A stretch of 64,000 nucleotides of DNA from a virus. Lineage: Duplodnaviria; Caudoviricetes. This document shows, in pieces, positions 1 to 8,311 of this stretch. The stretch is taken from positions 1,219 through 65,218 of the IMG/VR virus record IMGVR_UViG_3300017913_001710; one strand, written 5' to 3'. The position numbers and the translations under genes were made by a program. Positions within the stretch are counted from its first letter, which is position 1; each line of letters opens with the position of its first letter. The notes below the pieces were generated by a model, which worked only from the letters and a program-made list of their open reading frames with translations, searched no databases and was not told where the DNA came from.

Positions 1-549
1 GTATGGACCAGTAAGGAGTTGTTCGCTAAGAGAACTAACATGCAGGAATCAATGTTTATTAAGCTCAAGACAAATGTATCGTATGCATATGTCAACCTTA
101 AAAACAAAAACCTACTGTCTGTCCAGGTAAACGGACACGATAGGGAGTCAGGAGCGCTCAAAGGTCCTAAGTTCCCAGACATCTCAGACACAGAGCTAGA
201 CGAACAGGTTGCAGCTGCTAAGGAATTGTTTCCTGAAGCAAACGTATTCAAGCAACCTCACCTTATAGATCGTGTAGGACTTGTAGATGACTACATTAGT
301 TCATCGCCATTCATACAGCCAGACAAGAAAGTTGTTGGGTGCCTAGGAAAAAGAGATACCGAGTGGATACATGTTAACGCACACTCTGATCTATTCCTTT
401 GCTGTAACGATTATCATATGGAGTACAAGTATGGCAACCTAAAAGAAAACACACTACAAGAACTCTGGATGAGCGATAAGCACAACGAAGTGCTTCAAAA
501 AGCATGGGGGTCTATATGTAAAACTTGTACCTCAGCAGTGTATGAATAA
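1..549 (+). CDS. Radical SAM protein, C-terminal SPASM/twitch-like region (5'-truncated by window edge)
   Basis: Frame is open from base 1. LFLCCNDY...YGNLKENTLQELW...CKTC is typical of SPASM/twitch auxiliary Fe-S domains. The CxxxCxxC motif is not visible (presumably upstream). Confidence 0.65.
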   Translation, partial: VWTSKELFAKRTNMQESMFIKLKTNVSYAYVNLKNKNLLSVQVNGHDRESGALKGPKFPDISDTELDEQVAAAKELFPEANVFKQPHLIDRVGLVDDYISSSPFIQPDKKVVGCLGKRDTEWIHVNAHSDLFLCCNDYHMEYKYGNLKENTLQELWMSDKHNEVLQKAWGSICKTCTSAVYE

Positions 550-560
550 ACAAAAAGTGT

Positions 561-568
561 TATATTTG
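561..568 (+). promoter_or_regulatory. Bacteroidota-type -7 promoter element (TATATTTG)
   Basis: Matches TAnnTTTG in the intergenic gap 25 nt before groEL. Confidence 0.6.
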
Positions 569-593
569 TATCAGTAATCAAATACAATATAAC

Positions 594-2189
594 ATGATTG
601 AAAAGAGTATAGACTTCGATCAGGAAGCAAAAGACAAATTGCAGGTCGGAGTCAACAAAATTGCTAACGCTGTCAAGTCAACACTAGGGGCAGCAGGAAC
701 CACAGTAATCCTTGAAGACGACCTTGGACGACCTCATGTAACAAAAGATGGGGTGACTGTAGCACGTTACATTAACCTATCAGACCCTGTAGAGCACTTG
801 GCTGCTGATATTGTAAAGCAGGCGTCTATACGTACAGCTGATGAAGCAGGTGATGGTACAACCACGTCTATCGTTTTAACGCAGGCTATCGTAAACGAAG
901 CGACTAAGGTTCTAAAAGAGAAGCCAGACCTCAACCCTACAGTTATTCGTAAGGTGATCGAGGATGGAGTTGATTTGGTTTGTGAGTTTCTTGAAAGTAA
1001 GGCAAAGCCAGTTACAACTGAAACACTTATTGATGTTGCTACCATTTCCGCTAACAACGACTTAGAGCTGGGAACAATTATCGCTGAGGCGTATGATAAG
1101 GTTGGGGTAGACGGTGTTGTGACAATAGAGGAGTCGATGGGTGCACAGACCTACGTTGATGTGGTAGAAGGCACTAGAATCAAGAGAGGATTCTTCTCAC
1201 CATACATGATAACTGATAAAGAAAAAAATCAGGCAATCTTAGAGAGCCCATTGGTTCTAGTTTCCGATAAAAAGGTGAATACAGTGGAAGATATAGAGCT
1301 ACCACTAAAGTTTGCTATGCAGTCTAAACGACCCTTGCTAATTGTAGCAGACGTGGAAACGGCAGTAATGAATACCCTCAACGTAAACAAAGCAAGAGGT
1401 GTTCTTCAAGTTAACGTGTTAGCTCCAGAGGGTGTAGGTCTAAATCGTTTTGAGTTGCTAGAAGACTTAGCGGTTATGACTGGCGCTGTAGTAGTATCAG
1501 ATGAAACAGGTAATGACTGGAATGGTGTGACAGCTGAGTTTCTTGGCGAAGCCAAAAAGTCGGTGTCAACTAACAAGGAAACAATCCTGACTCTCAACCT
1601 AGAAAAAACTGCTGACGCAGTTGAAGAACAAGCTGAGCGTGTAAGAAGCATACTCACAAACAAAGAAGACACTGACAACGACTGGCATTATAAGGATCGA
1701 CTATCTCGTCTAGCTGGAGGAATCGCTGCGATCTACGTAGGCGCTCTTACAGAGGTCGAGATGAAGGAAAAGAAAGACAGGGTAGATGACGCTGTATGTG
1801 CCACTAAAGCCGCCTTAGAGGAAGGGATATTGCCTGGAGGAGGAACTGCACTTGCTCATGCGGCAACCAAGATATTTGGAATGATTAGTAAAGGTAAGAC
1901 AGAAGAAGATCAGGAAGGATTGTCTATATTGTGGGCAGCATTGTTTGCGCCTATCGAAACCATTATGACAAACTCTGGTGTGCAGAACACGGACGACATT
2001 CTGGAGATTATTCAGAACTGCGGAAGGTTTACCACTGGGTATGATGTGAAGAAGAAACGTGTACGTAATATGTATACAGCTGGAGTAATAGATCCTCTTA
2101 AGGTGACTAAGAATGCCCTACGCAATGCTGCGTCAGTGGCTACAACGATATTGCAAACAAACTGTGTAATCTCAAACAAACGTGCATGA
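594..2189 (+). CDS. groEL: Group I chaperonin GroEL (phage-encoded)
   Basis: 531 aa with TLGAAG, VTKDGVTVA, AGDGTTT (ATP site), KKDRVDDA and GILPGGG motifs; lacks the GGM tail. Confidence 0.95.
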   Translation: MIEKSIDFDQEAKDKLQVGVNKIANAVKSTLGAAGTTVILEDDLGRPHVTKDGVTVARYINLSDPVEHLAADIVKQASIRTADEAGDGTTTSIVLTQAIVNEATKVLKEKPDLNPTVIRKVIEDGVDLVCEFLESKAKPVTTETLIDVATISANNDLELGTIIAEAYDKVGVDGVVTIEESMGAQTYVDVVEGTRIKRGFFSPYMITDKEKNQAILESPLVLVSDKKVNTVEDIELPLKFAMQSKRPLLIVADVETAVMNTLNVNKARGVLQVNVLAPEGVGLNRFELLEDLAVMTGAVVVSDETGNDWNGVTAEFLGEAKKSVSTNKETILTLNLEKTADAVEEQAERVRSILTNKEDTDNDWHYKDRLSRLAGGIAAIYVGALTEVEMKEKKDRVDDAVCATKAALEEGILPGGGTALAHAATKIFGMISKGKTEEDQEGLSILWAALFAPIETIMTNSGVQNTDDILEIIQNCGRFTTGYDVKKKRVRNMYTAGVIDPLKVTKNALRNAASVATTILQTNCVISNKRA

Positions 2190-2443
2190 AAGCTATAGGA
2201 TCATTTGTAGTCGTAGAGACTGAGAAGGAAGAGGTAAAAAACTCTATGGGTCTCATCATGACAGAGGCTAACGAGAAGACAATACGTTATAAGTTAGCTA
2301 AGGTTAAAAGTGTAGGAGATGATGTCACAGGAATTGATGTGGGGGATTCTGTATATTATGATTCCGCTGCTGGTTCTGATATTAGAATTCAGGGACAGAA
2401 GCTAGTCGTAGTGCATGATCGCAACATCGCTATCGTCGCGTGA
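2186..2443 (+). CDS. groES: Co-chaperonin GroES
   Basis: 85 aa, cpn10-like pattern (KVKSVG...VGDSVYY...G.DIRIQG.KLVVV.DRNI); ATGA overlap with groEL. Confidence 0.8.
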   Translation: MKAIGSFVVVETEKEEVKNSMGLIMTEANEKTIRYKLAKVKSVGDDVTGIDVGDSVYYDSAAGSDIRIQGQKLVVVHDRNIAIVA

Positions 2444-3180
2444 GACTCTTTGAGTTTGAAGATGACAAGTTCTGTCTTGTAACAGAACACGATTTTCAGG
2501 GGATGGATTTCGTATGGTATTCGTCCCCTGTTAATCATTATGACATCCGAGAATGTTATGCACGCATAGCAAGTTTTGACCAGCTCGAATACTATGCCGA
2601 AGTTTTTCTGTACCTTAATCCCGATGTTGATAAGAATCTACTAGCTGGTATATTCCAATGGGTAGCCAATAGAGAGAATGGCAAAACTGTAAGAACCTAT
2701 GGAAAGGCTAGAGTAAATGACATGATAGGTAAAGTGTATCATGAAAGATCAACGCCTTGGTGCAGAAGAATGAGAAGGGTGATATTTAATCCTGATAAAA
2801 TTATTTCTGCTGAAGATAAGATGAGCGTTACAGCTCAGATAGTTGGTCGTGGTATATCTTACACAGAAACAGATCTCATTCAGACTATTCAGTTTATGAG
2901 TAGAAACAGAATGATTACTACGCAAGACACTGTGTCTAAAGAGATGGGGTGCAGCGTAAGAACAGTTCAAAGGTTGATGAATCAGTCACACAAGTACACA
3001 ATGAGAGTCAACAATGAAAGAATCAAAAGAGAAAACAAAATAGAAAAGGTGATCGAATGGATAGATCTTCTATCTAGTGACGGTAACACACTTAAGATGA
3101 GGTACTTAAAAGAAATGACAAGCGTAAGGGACTACTCAATAATTAAAGAGGCTCTTCATCGTTATGAGAATCAGCTGTAG
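2440..3180 (+). CDS. Hypothetical protein with HTH motif
   Basis: VSKEMGCSVRTVQRLM resembles a helix-turn-helix; GTGA overlap with groES. Confidence 0.55.
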   Translation: MRLFEFEDDKFCLVTEHDFQGMDFVWYSSPVNHYDIRECYARIASFDQLEYYAEVFLYLNPDVDKNLLAGIFQWVANRENGKTVRTYGKARVNDMIGKVYHERSTPWCRRMRRVIFNPDKIISAEDKMSVTAQIVGRGISYTETDLIQTIQFMSRNRMITTQDTVSKEMGCSVRTVQRLMNQSHKYTMRVNNERIKRENKIEKVIEWIDLLSSDGNTLKMRYLKEMTSVRDYSIIKEALHRYENQL

Positions 3181-3658
3181 TCTTATTGTTCATCTTTCTG
3201 ATTAGGTTCCTGTAAATCTTATCCATGTAGTTTTCACCCTTCATAATCTTATTACGGTATGGATCTTCAGATATCAATTCTAGCCCTAATAATTTTTTAT
3301 ATGTATGAGAGCATATAAGCTTTGCTTTCTGAGTTAACTCGTATAGCTGCTTGTGGTTTGCTTTCTTACCGTTCCTCCAGATCCTTATTAGTCCACGATC
3401 ATTCATGGATTTAAATCTTCTTTTGTCCCACATCATAGACTCAGCGTAGTCATTGAACAGGTCTTTATCAAAAACCTTTTCGTCATACAGGAAGAGGATC
3501 ATCTCTAGCTCTGTAACACTTAGATCGTACCTTTTCTGTATGTAATAACGTACCACCCTCCAGTTCTTAAGGAAGTCAAACTCTTTCTCTCTTGATGTGT
3601 ATGTAGGGGTTTTTCTTGGTTTCTTCTTTACGTAGAAGCGGTTGTACATGTGATTCAA
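3143..3658 (-). CDS. Winged-helix (MarR-like) DNA-binding protein, putative
   Basis: DLSVTELEMILFLY...RGLIRIWR...LYELTQKA wHTH-like pattern; lone - strand gene in this block. Confidence 0.5.
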   Translation of the reverse strand: MNHMYNRFYVKKKPRKTPTYTSREKEFDFLKNWRVVRYYIQKRYDLSVTELEMILFLYDEKVFDKDLFNDYAESMMWDKRRFKSMNDRGLIRIWRNGKKANHKQLYELTQKAKLICSHTYKKLLGLELISEDPYRNKIMKGENYMDKIYRNLIRKMNNKTTADSHNDEEPL

Positions 3659-3693
3659 TTAAAGTTGGTCAAATCTACAAATTTTAAAATTCT

Positions 3694-3701
3694 TATCTTT
3701 G
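3694..3701 (+). promoter_or_regulatory. Bacteroidota-type -7 promoter element (TATCTTTG)
   Basis: TAnnTTTG 22 nt before ORF 3724. Confidence 0.6.
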
Positions 3702-3723
3702 CTACAACTAATATAGACCTATT

Positions 3724-4023
3724 ATGGCAGCAAGACTAGACAAATCTAAGATGGCATGTAACAGTCCACGTAAGAGTCCAAACCCCAAGAAAAAGAAGGT
3801 GGTTAAGGCTTGCTCTGGGGGTCAAGAAAAAATAATTCACTACGGAGCTTCAGGATATGGACACAACTATTCTGATGCTGCACGTAAGTCATTCAAAGCC
3901 AGACACAAATGTGGAGAGGCTAAGAATAAGTTGTCTGCTCGATACTGGGCATGCAAAGATCTTTGGGCTGGTAAAGGAGGCTCAACTAAATCATCACCAA
4001 AAAGCAAAAAAGGAAAATACTAA
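3724..4023 (+). CDS. Small Lys-rich basic protein
   Basis: 99 aa, very basic, IIHYGASGY...KSFKARHKC...SARYWAC. Confidence 0.7.
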   Translation: MAARLDKSKMACNSPRKSPNPKKKKVVKACSGGQEKIIHYGASGYGHNYSDAARKSFKARHKCGEAKNKLSARYWACKDLWAGKGGSTKSSPKSKKGKY

Positions 4024-4238
4024 TGGCAAAGAAAGAAAGAACAGCACGCATTCCAGTGATGGACAAACGCTCACAGAACCAACCACAACCTGCTGAGGTG
4101 TATGAATCTTACAACGTAAAGAATAGTACGATTGATATGCTATCTCAGATTGCACCTAAGAAGAAGTTGACAAAAGATGTAGAGCTTTACAATCCAAAGA
4201 CTAAGAAGAGTAAAATGATCTATAAACCTGGATACTAA
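4023..4238 (+). CDS. Small basic hypothetical protein
   Basis: TAATG stop/start coupling on both sides. Confidence 0.55.
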   Translation: MAKKERTARIPVMDKRSQNQPQPAEVYESYNVKNSTIDMLSQIAPKKKLTKDVELYNPKTKKSKMIYKPGY

Positions 4239-4414
4239 TGATTAAGGGATTTAAAAATCACAAAGGTCTTGGGGACACGGTAGAAGCTGTGACCCGTGTG
4301 ACAGGGATCAAGGGTGTTGTAGACTTCGCAGCAAAGAAGGCAAAAAAAGATTGTGGATGTCAGAGCAGAAAAAAAACATTAAACGAATTGTTTCCGTATG
4401 GCAACAAAAAGTAA
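4238..4414 (+). CDS. Small protein with DCGC motif (58 aa, not in ORF track)
   Basis: Hand translation MIKGFKNHKGLGDTVEAVTRVTGIKGVVDFAAKKAKKDCGCQSRKKTLNELFPYGNKK; TAATG coupling. Confidence 0.65.
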   Translation: MIKGFKNHKGLGDTVEAVTRVTGIKGVVDFAAKKAKKDCGCQSRKKTLNELFPYGNKK

Positions 4415-4568
4415 AACGAAAGCGAATAGAGGTAACAAGATCTGTCCAGCTGGTATTGCTTGGGCTAAGCGTACCTTTGATCGGTATCCCAGCGCTTATG
4501 CTAATATGGCTGCATCAAAGTATTGTAAAGATCCTAACTACGCTAAAGGCTCTAAAAAGAAAAAGTAA
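4398..4568 (+). CDS. Small basic protein (56 aa, not in ORF track)
   Basis: Hand translation MATKSKTKANRGNKICPAGIAWAKRTFDRYPSAYANMAASKYCKDPNYAKGSKKKK. Confidence 0.65.
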   Translation: MATKSKTKANRGNKICPAGIAWAKRTFDRYPSAYANMAASKYCKDPNYAKGSKKKK

Positions 4569-4570
4569 GT

Positions 4571-4888
4571 ATGCCTAGTATAGATATAAACAACGATGGA
4601 AAAGCTGACTTCAGCATAAACATAACACAAATCATTACGGTTGTAACCTTGATCGTGTCTATGGCTGGTAGTTACTATAGTCTCAAGGGAAGGCTTGATG
4701 CTATGGAACTAAAGGTTCAGCAAGCTATGGAGATGCCAAAACAAGATATTAGCATGAAAGACATTGATGCTATGCAGCGTGAGATAGACCTTAAGATTGA
4801 TAAGGTGGCAATACAGGCTTCTGAAAACATGGACGAAATAAAGAGTGTCGCAAGGGAAATGCGAACACAGTACAAAAGAAACCGATAA
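4571..4888 (+). CDS. Membrane-anchored coiled-coil protein
   Basis: Hydrophobic segment IITVVTLIVSMAGSYY followed by a helical region. Confidence 0.6.
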   Translation: MPSIDINNDGKADFSINITQIITVVTLIVSMAGSYYSLKGRLDAMELKVQQAMEMPKQDISMKDIDAMQREIDLKIDKVAIQASENMDEIKSVAREMRTQYKRNR

Positions 4889-5130
4889 TGGGTGAACTTA
4901 AAAAATGGCGTGATGAGAAATGGGTTAGAATATCTACCAGTGGTAAGATCATGGGCGAGTGCGGTACAAGCAAGGATAAGAAAAATCCAGACCGTTGCCT
5001 TCCTCTCTCAAAAGCACGTTCTCTTTCCCAAGCCGAAAGAGCCAAGACAGCTAGAAAGAAAAAGTCTGAAGGGGGAAAGAAGAAACAGTTTGTCTCAAAC
5101 ACAAGAAAAGCAAAAGTAAAACGCAAGTAA
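4888..5130 (+). CDS. Small basic protein (LKKW..EKWV...RCLP..KA pattern)
   Basis: 80 aa, Lys/Arg-rich, TAATG coupling. Confidence 0.65.
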   Translation: MGELKKWRDEKWVRISTSGKIMGECGTSKDKKNPDRCLPLSKARSLSQAERAKTARKKKSEGGKKKQFVSNTRKAKVKRK

Positions 5131-5131
5131 T

Positions 5132-5302
5132 ATGGAAACGATTTTTATTTTGATCACGATTGCAGCAGTGTCTTGGATTGGATACAAAGGATACAAGATG
5201 CTATCAGAAGACCCTGTAGTAGAAAAGAAGCCAAAGAAGAAGGGTGGTGCATCAAGTACCTCTGAGGCAGTTACAGGTGAGAAAATCAAACAAGCAAAGT
5301 AG
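5132..5302 (+). CDS. Small single-TM protein (56 aa, not in track)
   Basis: METIFILITIAAVSWIGYKGYK... then a basic tail; fills the gap between genes. Confidence 0.5.
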   Translation: METIFILITIAAVSWIGYKGYKMLSEDPVVEKKPKKKGGASSTSEAVTGEKIKQAK

Positions 5303-5448
5303 TGGAAGATTTGAAGATATACGGATTAAACATAGCAGCTATAACAGGCGCATCAATCAGTGAGATCAATCCGATCTTGTCTACTCTAGTGTTGTCTGCA
5401 ACGTTATTCTACACTCTTATACAGATATACGAAAAGCTAAAGAAATGA
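5302..5448 (+). CDS. Small hydrophobic protein (48 aa), possible lysis accessory
   Basis: GTG start; MEDLKIYGLNIAAITGASISEINPILSTLVLSATLFYTLIQIYEKLKK; ATGA overlap with endolysin. Confidence 0.5.
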   Translation: MEDLKIYGLNIAAITGASISEINPILSTLVLSATLFYTLIQIYEKLKK

Positions 5449-5795
5449 AATACTTTACTAACGAAGGCGATTTTAAAGGACAGATGGACAAGATGGATCC
5501 AAAGCTTTTATCTATGCTAGACGAGCTTAGAGAGGAGTACGGAAAGGCTATTGTCCTAACGTCACACTACAGGTCACCAGATCATCCTATAGAAGCAAAG
5601 AAGGACAAGCCTGGAGAGCACACTTATGGAGCTGCTGTTGACATTGCTTGCGTTGGAGGAGAGAATACATTCAATCTAGTGGCAGCAGCAATCAAGGTTG
5701 GATTTAGACGTATAGGTATTTCAAGAAAGAATAACTTTGTTCATGTAGGTATCGGATATCCTGATGCTCCTGACACAACAATATGGACGTACTAG
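5445..5795 (+). CDS. Endolysin, peptidase M15-like Zn peptidase
   Basis: TSHYRS...GEHTYGAAVDI...FVHVG (HxxxxxxD...H zinc ligands). Confidence 0.85.
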   Translation: MKYFTNEGDFKGQMDKMDPKLLSMLDELREEYGKAIVLTSHYRSPDHPIEAKKDKPGEHTYGAAVDIACVGGENTFNLVAAAIKVGFRRIGISRKNNFVHVGIGYPDAPDTTIWTY

Positions 5796-5796
5796 G

Positions 5797-6213
5797 ATGG
5801 CAAAAAAAAAGTTCAAAGACACGAAAGTGGGACAGTTCCTACTTCAAAAAATCCCAGGGGTCGTAGGCGCACTAGCTGAAGAGACACCCATACCAGCAGT
5901 CATTGAGGCTATCATTGGTGGATCAGAACTTCCTGCCGAAGACAAAGAGGTTGCCTTGAAAAAACTAGACCTTGAAAGAGCAGAGATGGATGGTATAACC
6001 AGACGTTGGGTTGCAGATGCAAGATCAGGCTCTTGGCTAGCTTCAAATGTACGTCCACTTACATTAGTTTTTTTAACGGTTGCTTTTGTAGTTGGATGGG
6101 GTTTGCAACTATCTGAGTTAGATGTAGTTAAAGAGCTGTTAACGATTGTCTTCATAGGCTACTTCGGAAGTCGTGGGGCAGAAAAGATAATGGGTAACAA
6201 CAAACACAAGTAA
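5797..6213 (+). CDS. Holin (GTA-type 3TM-like)
   Basis: RWVAD..SGSWL..NVRPL then TM segments and GYFGSRGAEK; follows the endolysin. ATG at 5797 preferred over track start 5764. Confidence 0.7.
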   Translation: MAKKKFKDTKVGQFLLQKIPGVVGALAEETPIPAVIEAIIGGSELPAEDKEVALKKLDLERAEMDGITRRWVADARSGSWLASNVRPLTLVFLTVAFVVGWGLQLSELDVVKELLTIVFIGYFGSRGAEKIMGNNKHK

Positions 6214-6215
6214 GA

Positions 6216-7205
6216 TTGGCTAGGATTAAAACATATAATCAAGACGTCAAAGTCACTAAGGATGATAAGTTAATTGGAACTAACACCAATACTGGTGCTA
6301 CTCAAAACTTTTCATTAAGCAGCATTGTGGACTTCATAAATAATGAGGGACAGATAAAAATGCCTGATGGAGCTTTGTTTCGTTTTCAAACTTTTGATCC
6401 TGATCATACTGATCCTGTAGGTATACTTAATCTTACCAGAGATGAAAACACTGTAGAGACAAACTACTCAGCAGTAACAACTGTTTATGTCTCCAAAAAG
6501 ATGCAGGGTGGAGACACTGTAGGCGATTATATCGATGCTTTTAACAACGGTACTATTAAAATATCAGAGCAAGGTAATCTTAATAGCTTTGGAATATTCC
6601 TTGTTTCAGATGTTGTTGATGATGACAATGACAAGTACACAAAACTCACCTTAACACATGACAAGTCAGTTGGCACATTGTATCCAGGAAAGTATTACTA
6701 CGTGTCTTTTATGTTGGACGAGGGTGATATTAATATTGGAAGCTACAGTGTCACAGATTTACAGGGAGTAGAGGACGCTGGGTCTGGTAGGATCATGACA
6801 GTTGAAGAGCGTGGTCGTTTAGCTAACATAGAGGATAACGCAACGCAAGATCAATCTGATGAGGAGATTGAAACAGCTTACAACAATCGAGTTAGTCAAG
6901 CTACAGCAGACGAACTTACTAATGGTACAGAGACTGAGGTAAGAAGATTCTCTCCTGCCAACGTAAAGAGTATGATTGACGAACACGCTAACAGTGTTCA
7001 GTATGTACACAATCAATCTTTAGCCTCAACGACATGGACAATAAACCACAACCTAGGAAAGTATCCTGCCGTGAGCATTAAGTTCTCAAGCAGTGATCAA
7101 GTCTACTCTAACGTAGGCGCTTTTGCTGGGGTAACATATACAAACGAAAACTCAATAACTATTAACCTTGCAGCCGCAGAAAGTGGCTATGCATACCTAA
7201 ACTAA
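6216..7205 (+). CDS. Virion structural protein (tail/baseplate associated)
   Basis: C-terminal YVHNQ...TWTINHNLGKYPAV beta-rich module; first gene of the fibre block. Confidence 0.55.
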   Translation: MARIKTYNQDVKVTKDDKLIGTNTNTGATQNFSLSSIVDFINNEGQIKMPDGALFRFQTFDPDHTDPVGILNLTRDENTVETNYSAVTTVYVSKKMQGGDTVGDYIDAFNNGTIKISEQGNLNSFGIFLVSDVVDDDNDKYTKLTLTHDKSVGTLYPGKYYYVSFMLDEGDINIGSYSVTDLQGVEDAGSGRIMTVEERGRLANIEDNATQDQSDEEIETAYNNRVSQATADELTNGTETEVRRFSPANVKSMIDEHANSVQYVHNQSLASTTWTINHNLGKYPAVSIKFSSSDQVYSNVGAFAGVTYTNENSITINLAAAESGYAYLN

Positions 7206-7209
7206 AGAC

Positions 7210-8289
7210 ATGGCTATACCAATTCTTAACCACTTAGACTTACGAAATGTGTCAGAGCTGCAAAATGCTATTGTACACAAGACTACATCATCCTCAGCTT
7301 CAACAGCTGCTGGTAAAATTATTTTTGACACAGGAGACAACCTCCTTAAATTCTACGACGGATCAGCATGGAAAAGTGCAGCTGGGGATATTACAGCTGT
7401 AAGCATCGTAGCTGACGACTCTAACTCTGTTGCAGCATCTACAGGAGACTATAACCTTACTATTGCAGGAGGGACAGGTCTAACTTCATCTGTAGCTGGC
7501 ACAACCCTTACTATCAATCTTGATGACACTGCGGTATCGCCTGGAACATTTGGCTCTTCAACGGCAGTTTCTCAAATAACGGTAGACCAGCAAGGTCGTA
7601 TAACTGCGGCTAACGAGGTATCTATATCATTAAGCAATACTATTTCTGATGGTACAACAACATCTACGCTAAGCACTGGAGATACCTTGACTATTGAAGG
7701 TACAGATAATCAAGTAACTGTTTCTAATTCAGACAACACTCTAACACTTGGACTTCCTGACGATGTTAATATTGGAGGAAATGTTGTAATCTCTGGAGAT
7801 CTTACGGTGCAAGGAGACACTGTTACTTTAAACACCGAGACTTTAACGGTAGATGATAACATCATTGTCCTAAACAACAATGTAACAGCTGCTCCAACTG
7901 AGAATGCAGGGATAGAGATTGAGAGAGGAACGTCTGATAATGTATCTATTCGTTGGAATGAATCTACAGATCGCTGGCAGTTTACAAACGACGGGTCTAC
8001 ATATAACAACATTGCCACAGCTGCTGACTCTGAATACAAGGCAAGCTTCCCATCAGCTGCAACAAGCGCAGGAGATAATATCACGATTACGCATAGCTTG
8101 AACACTAGAGATGTTATTGTGCAGTTCTACGCTAACGTTGCTGATCTTGATGGAGACAGTACAGATGAGGTTACACAATATGAGGAGTTGATGTTTGCCA
8201 CAACAAGAGCATCAGTAAATACAGTTACTATAACGCCAAACATTGCACTAGCAGCAAACGCAGTAAGAGTGTTGGTTAAGTCTGTATAA
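7210..8289 (+). CDS. Tail fibre/structural protein
   Basis: Beta-rich G/T/S composition; ENAGIEIERG...WNESTDRWQF and ITHSLNTRDVIVQ motifs. Confidence 0.6.
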   Translation: MAIPILNHLDLRNVSELQNAIVHKTTSSSASTAAGKIIFDTGDNLLKFYDGSAWKSAAGDITAVSIVADDSNSVAASTGDYNLTIAGGTGLTSSVAGTTLTINLDDTAVSPGTFGSSTAVSQITVDQQGRITAANEVSISLSNTISDGTTTSTLSTGDTLTIEGTDNQVTVSNSDNTLTLGLPDDVNIGGNVVISGDLTVQGDTVTLNTETLTVDDNIIVLNNNVTAAPTENAGIEIERGTSDNVSIRWNESTDRWQFTNDGSTYNNIATAADSEYKASFPSAATSAGDNITITHSLNTRDVIVQFYANVADLDGDSTDEVTQYEELMFATTRASVNTVTITPNIALAANAVRVLVKSV

Positions 8290-8311
8290 TTTAGTAATTT
8301 AAAATAAAAAT

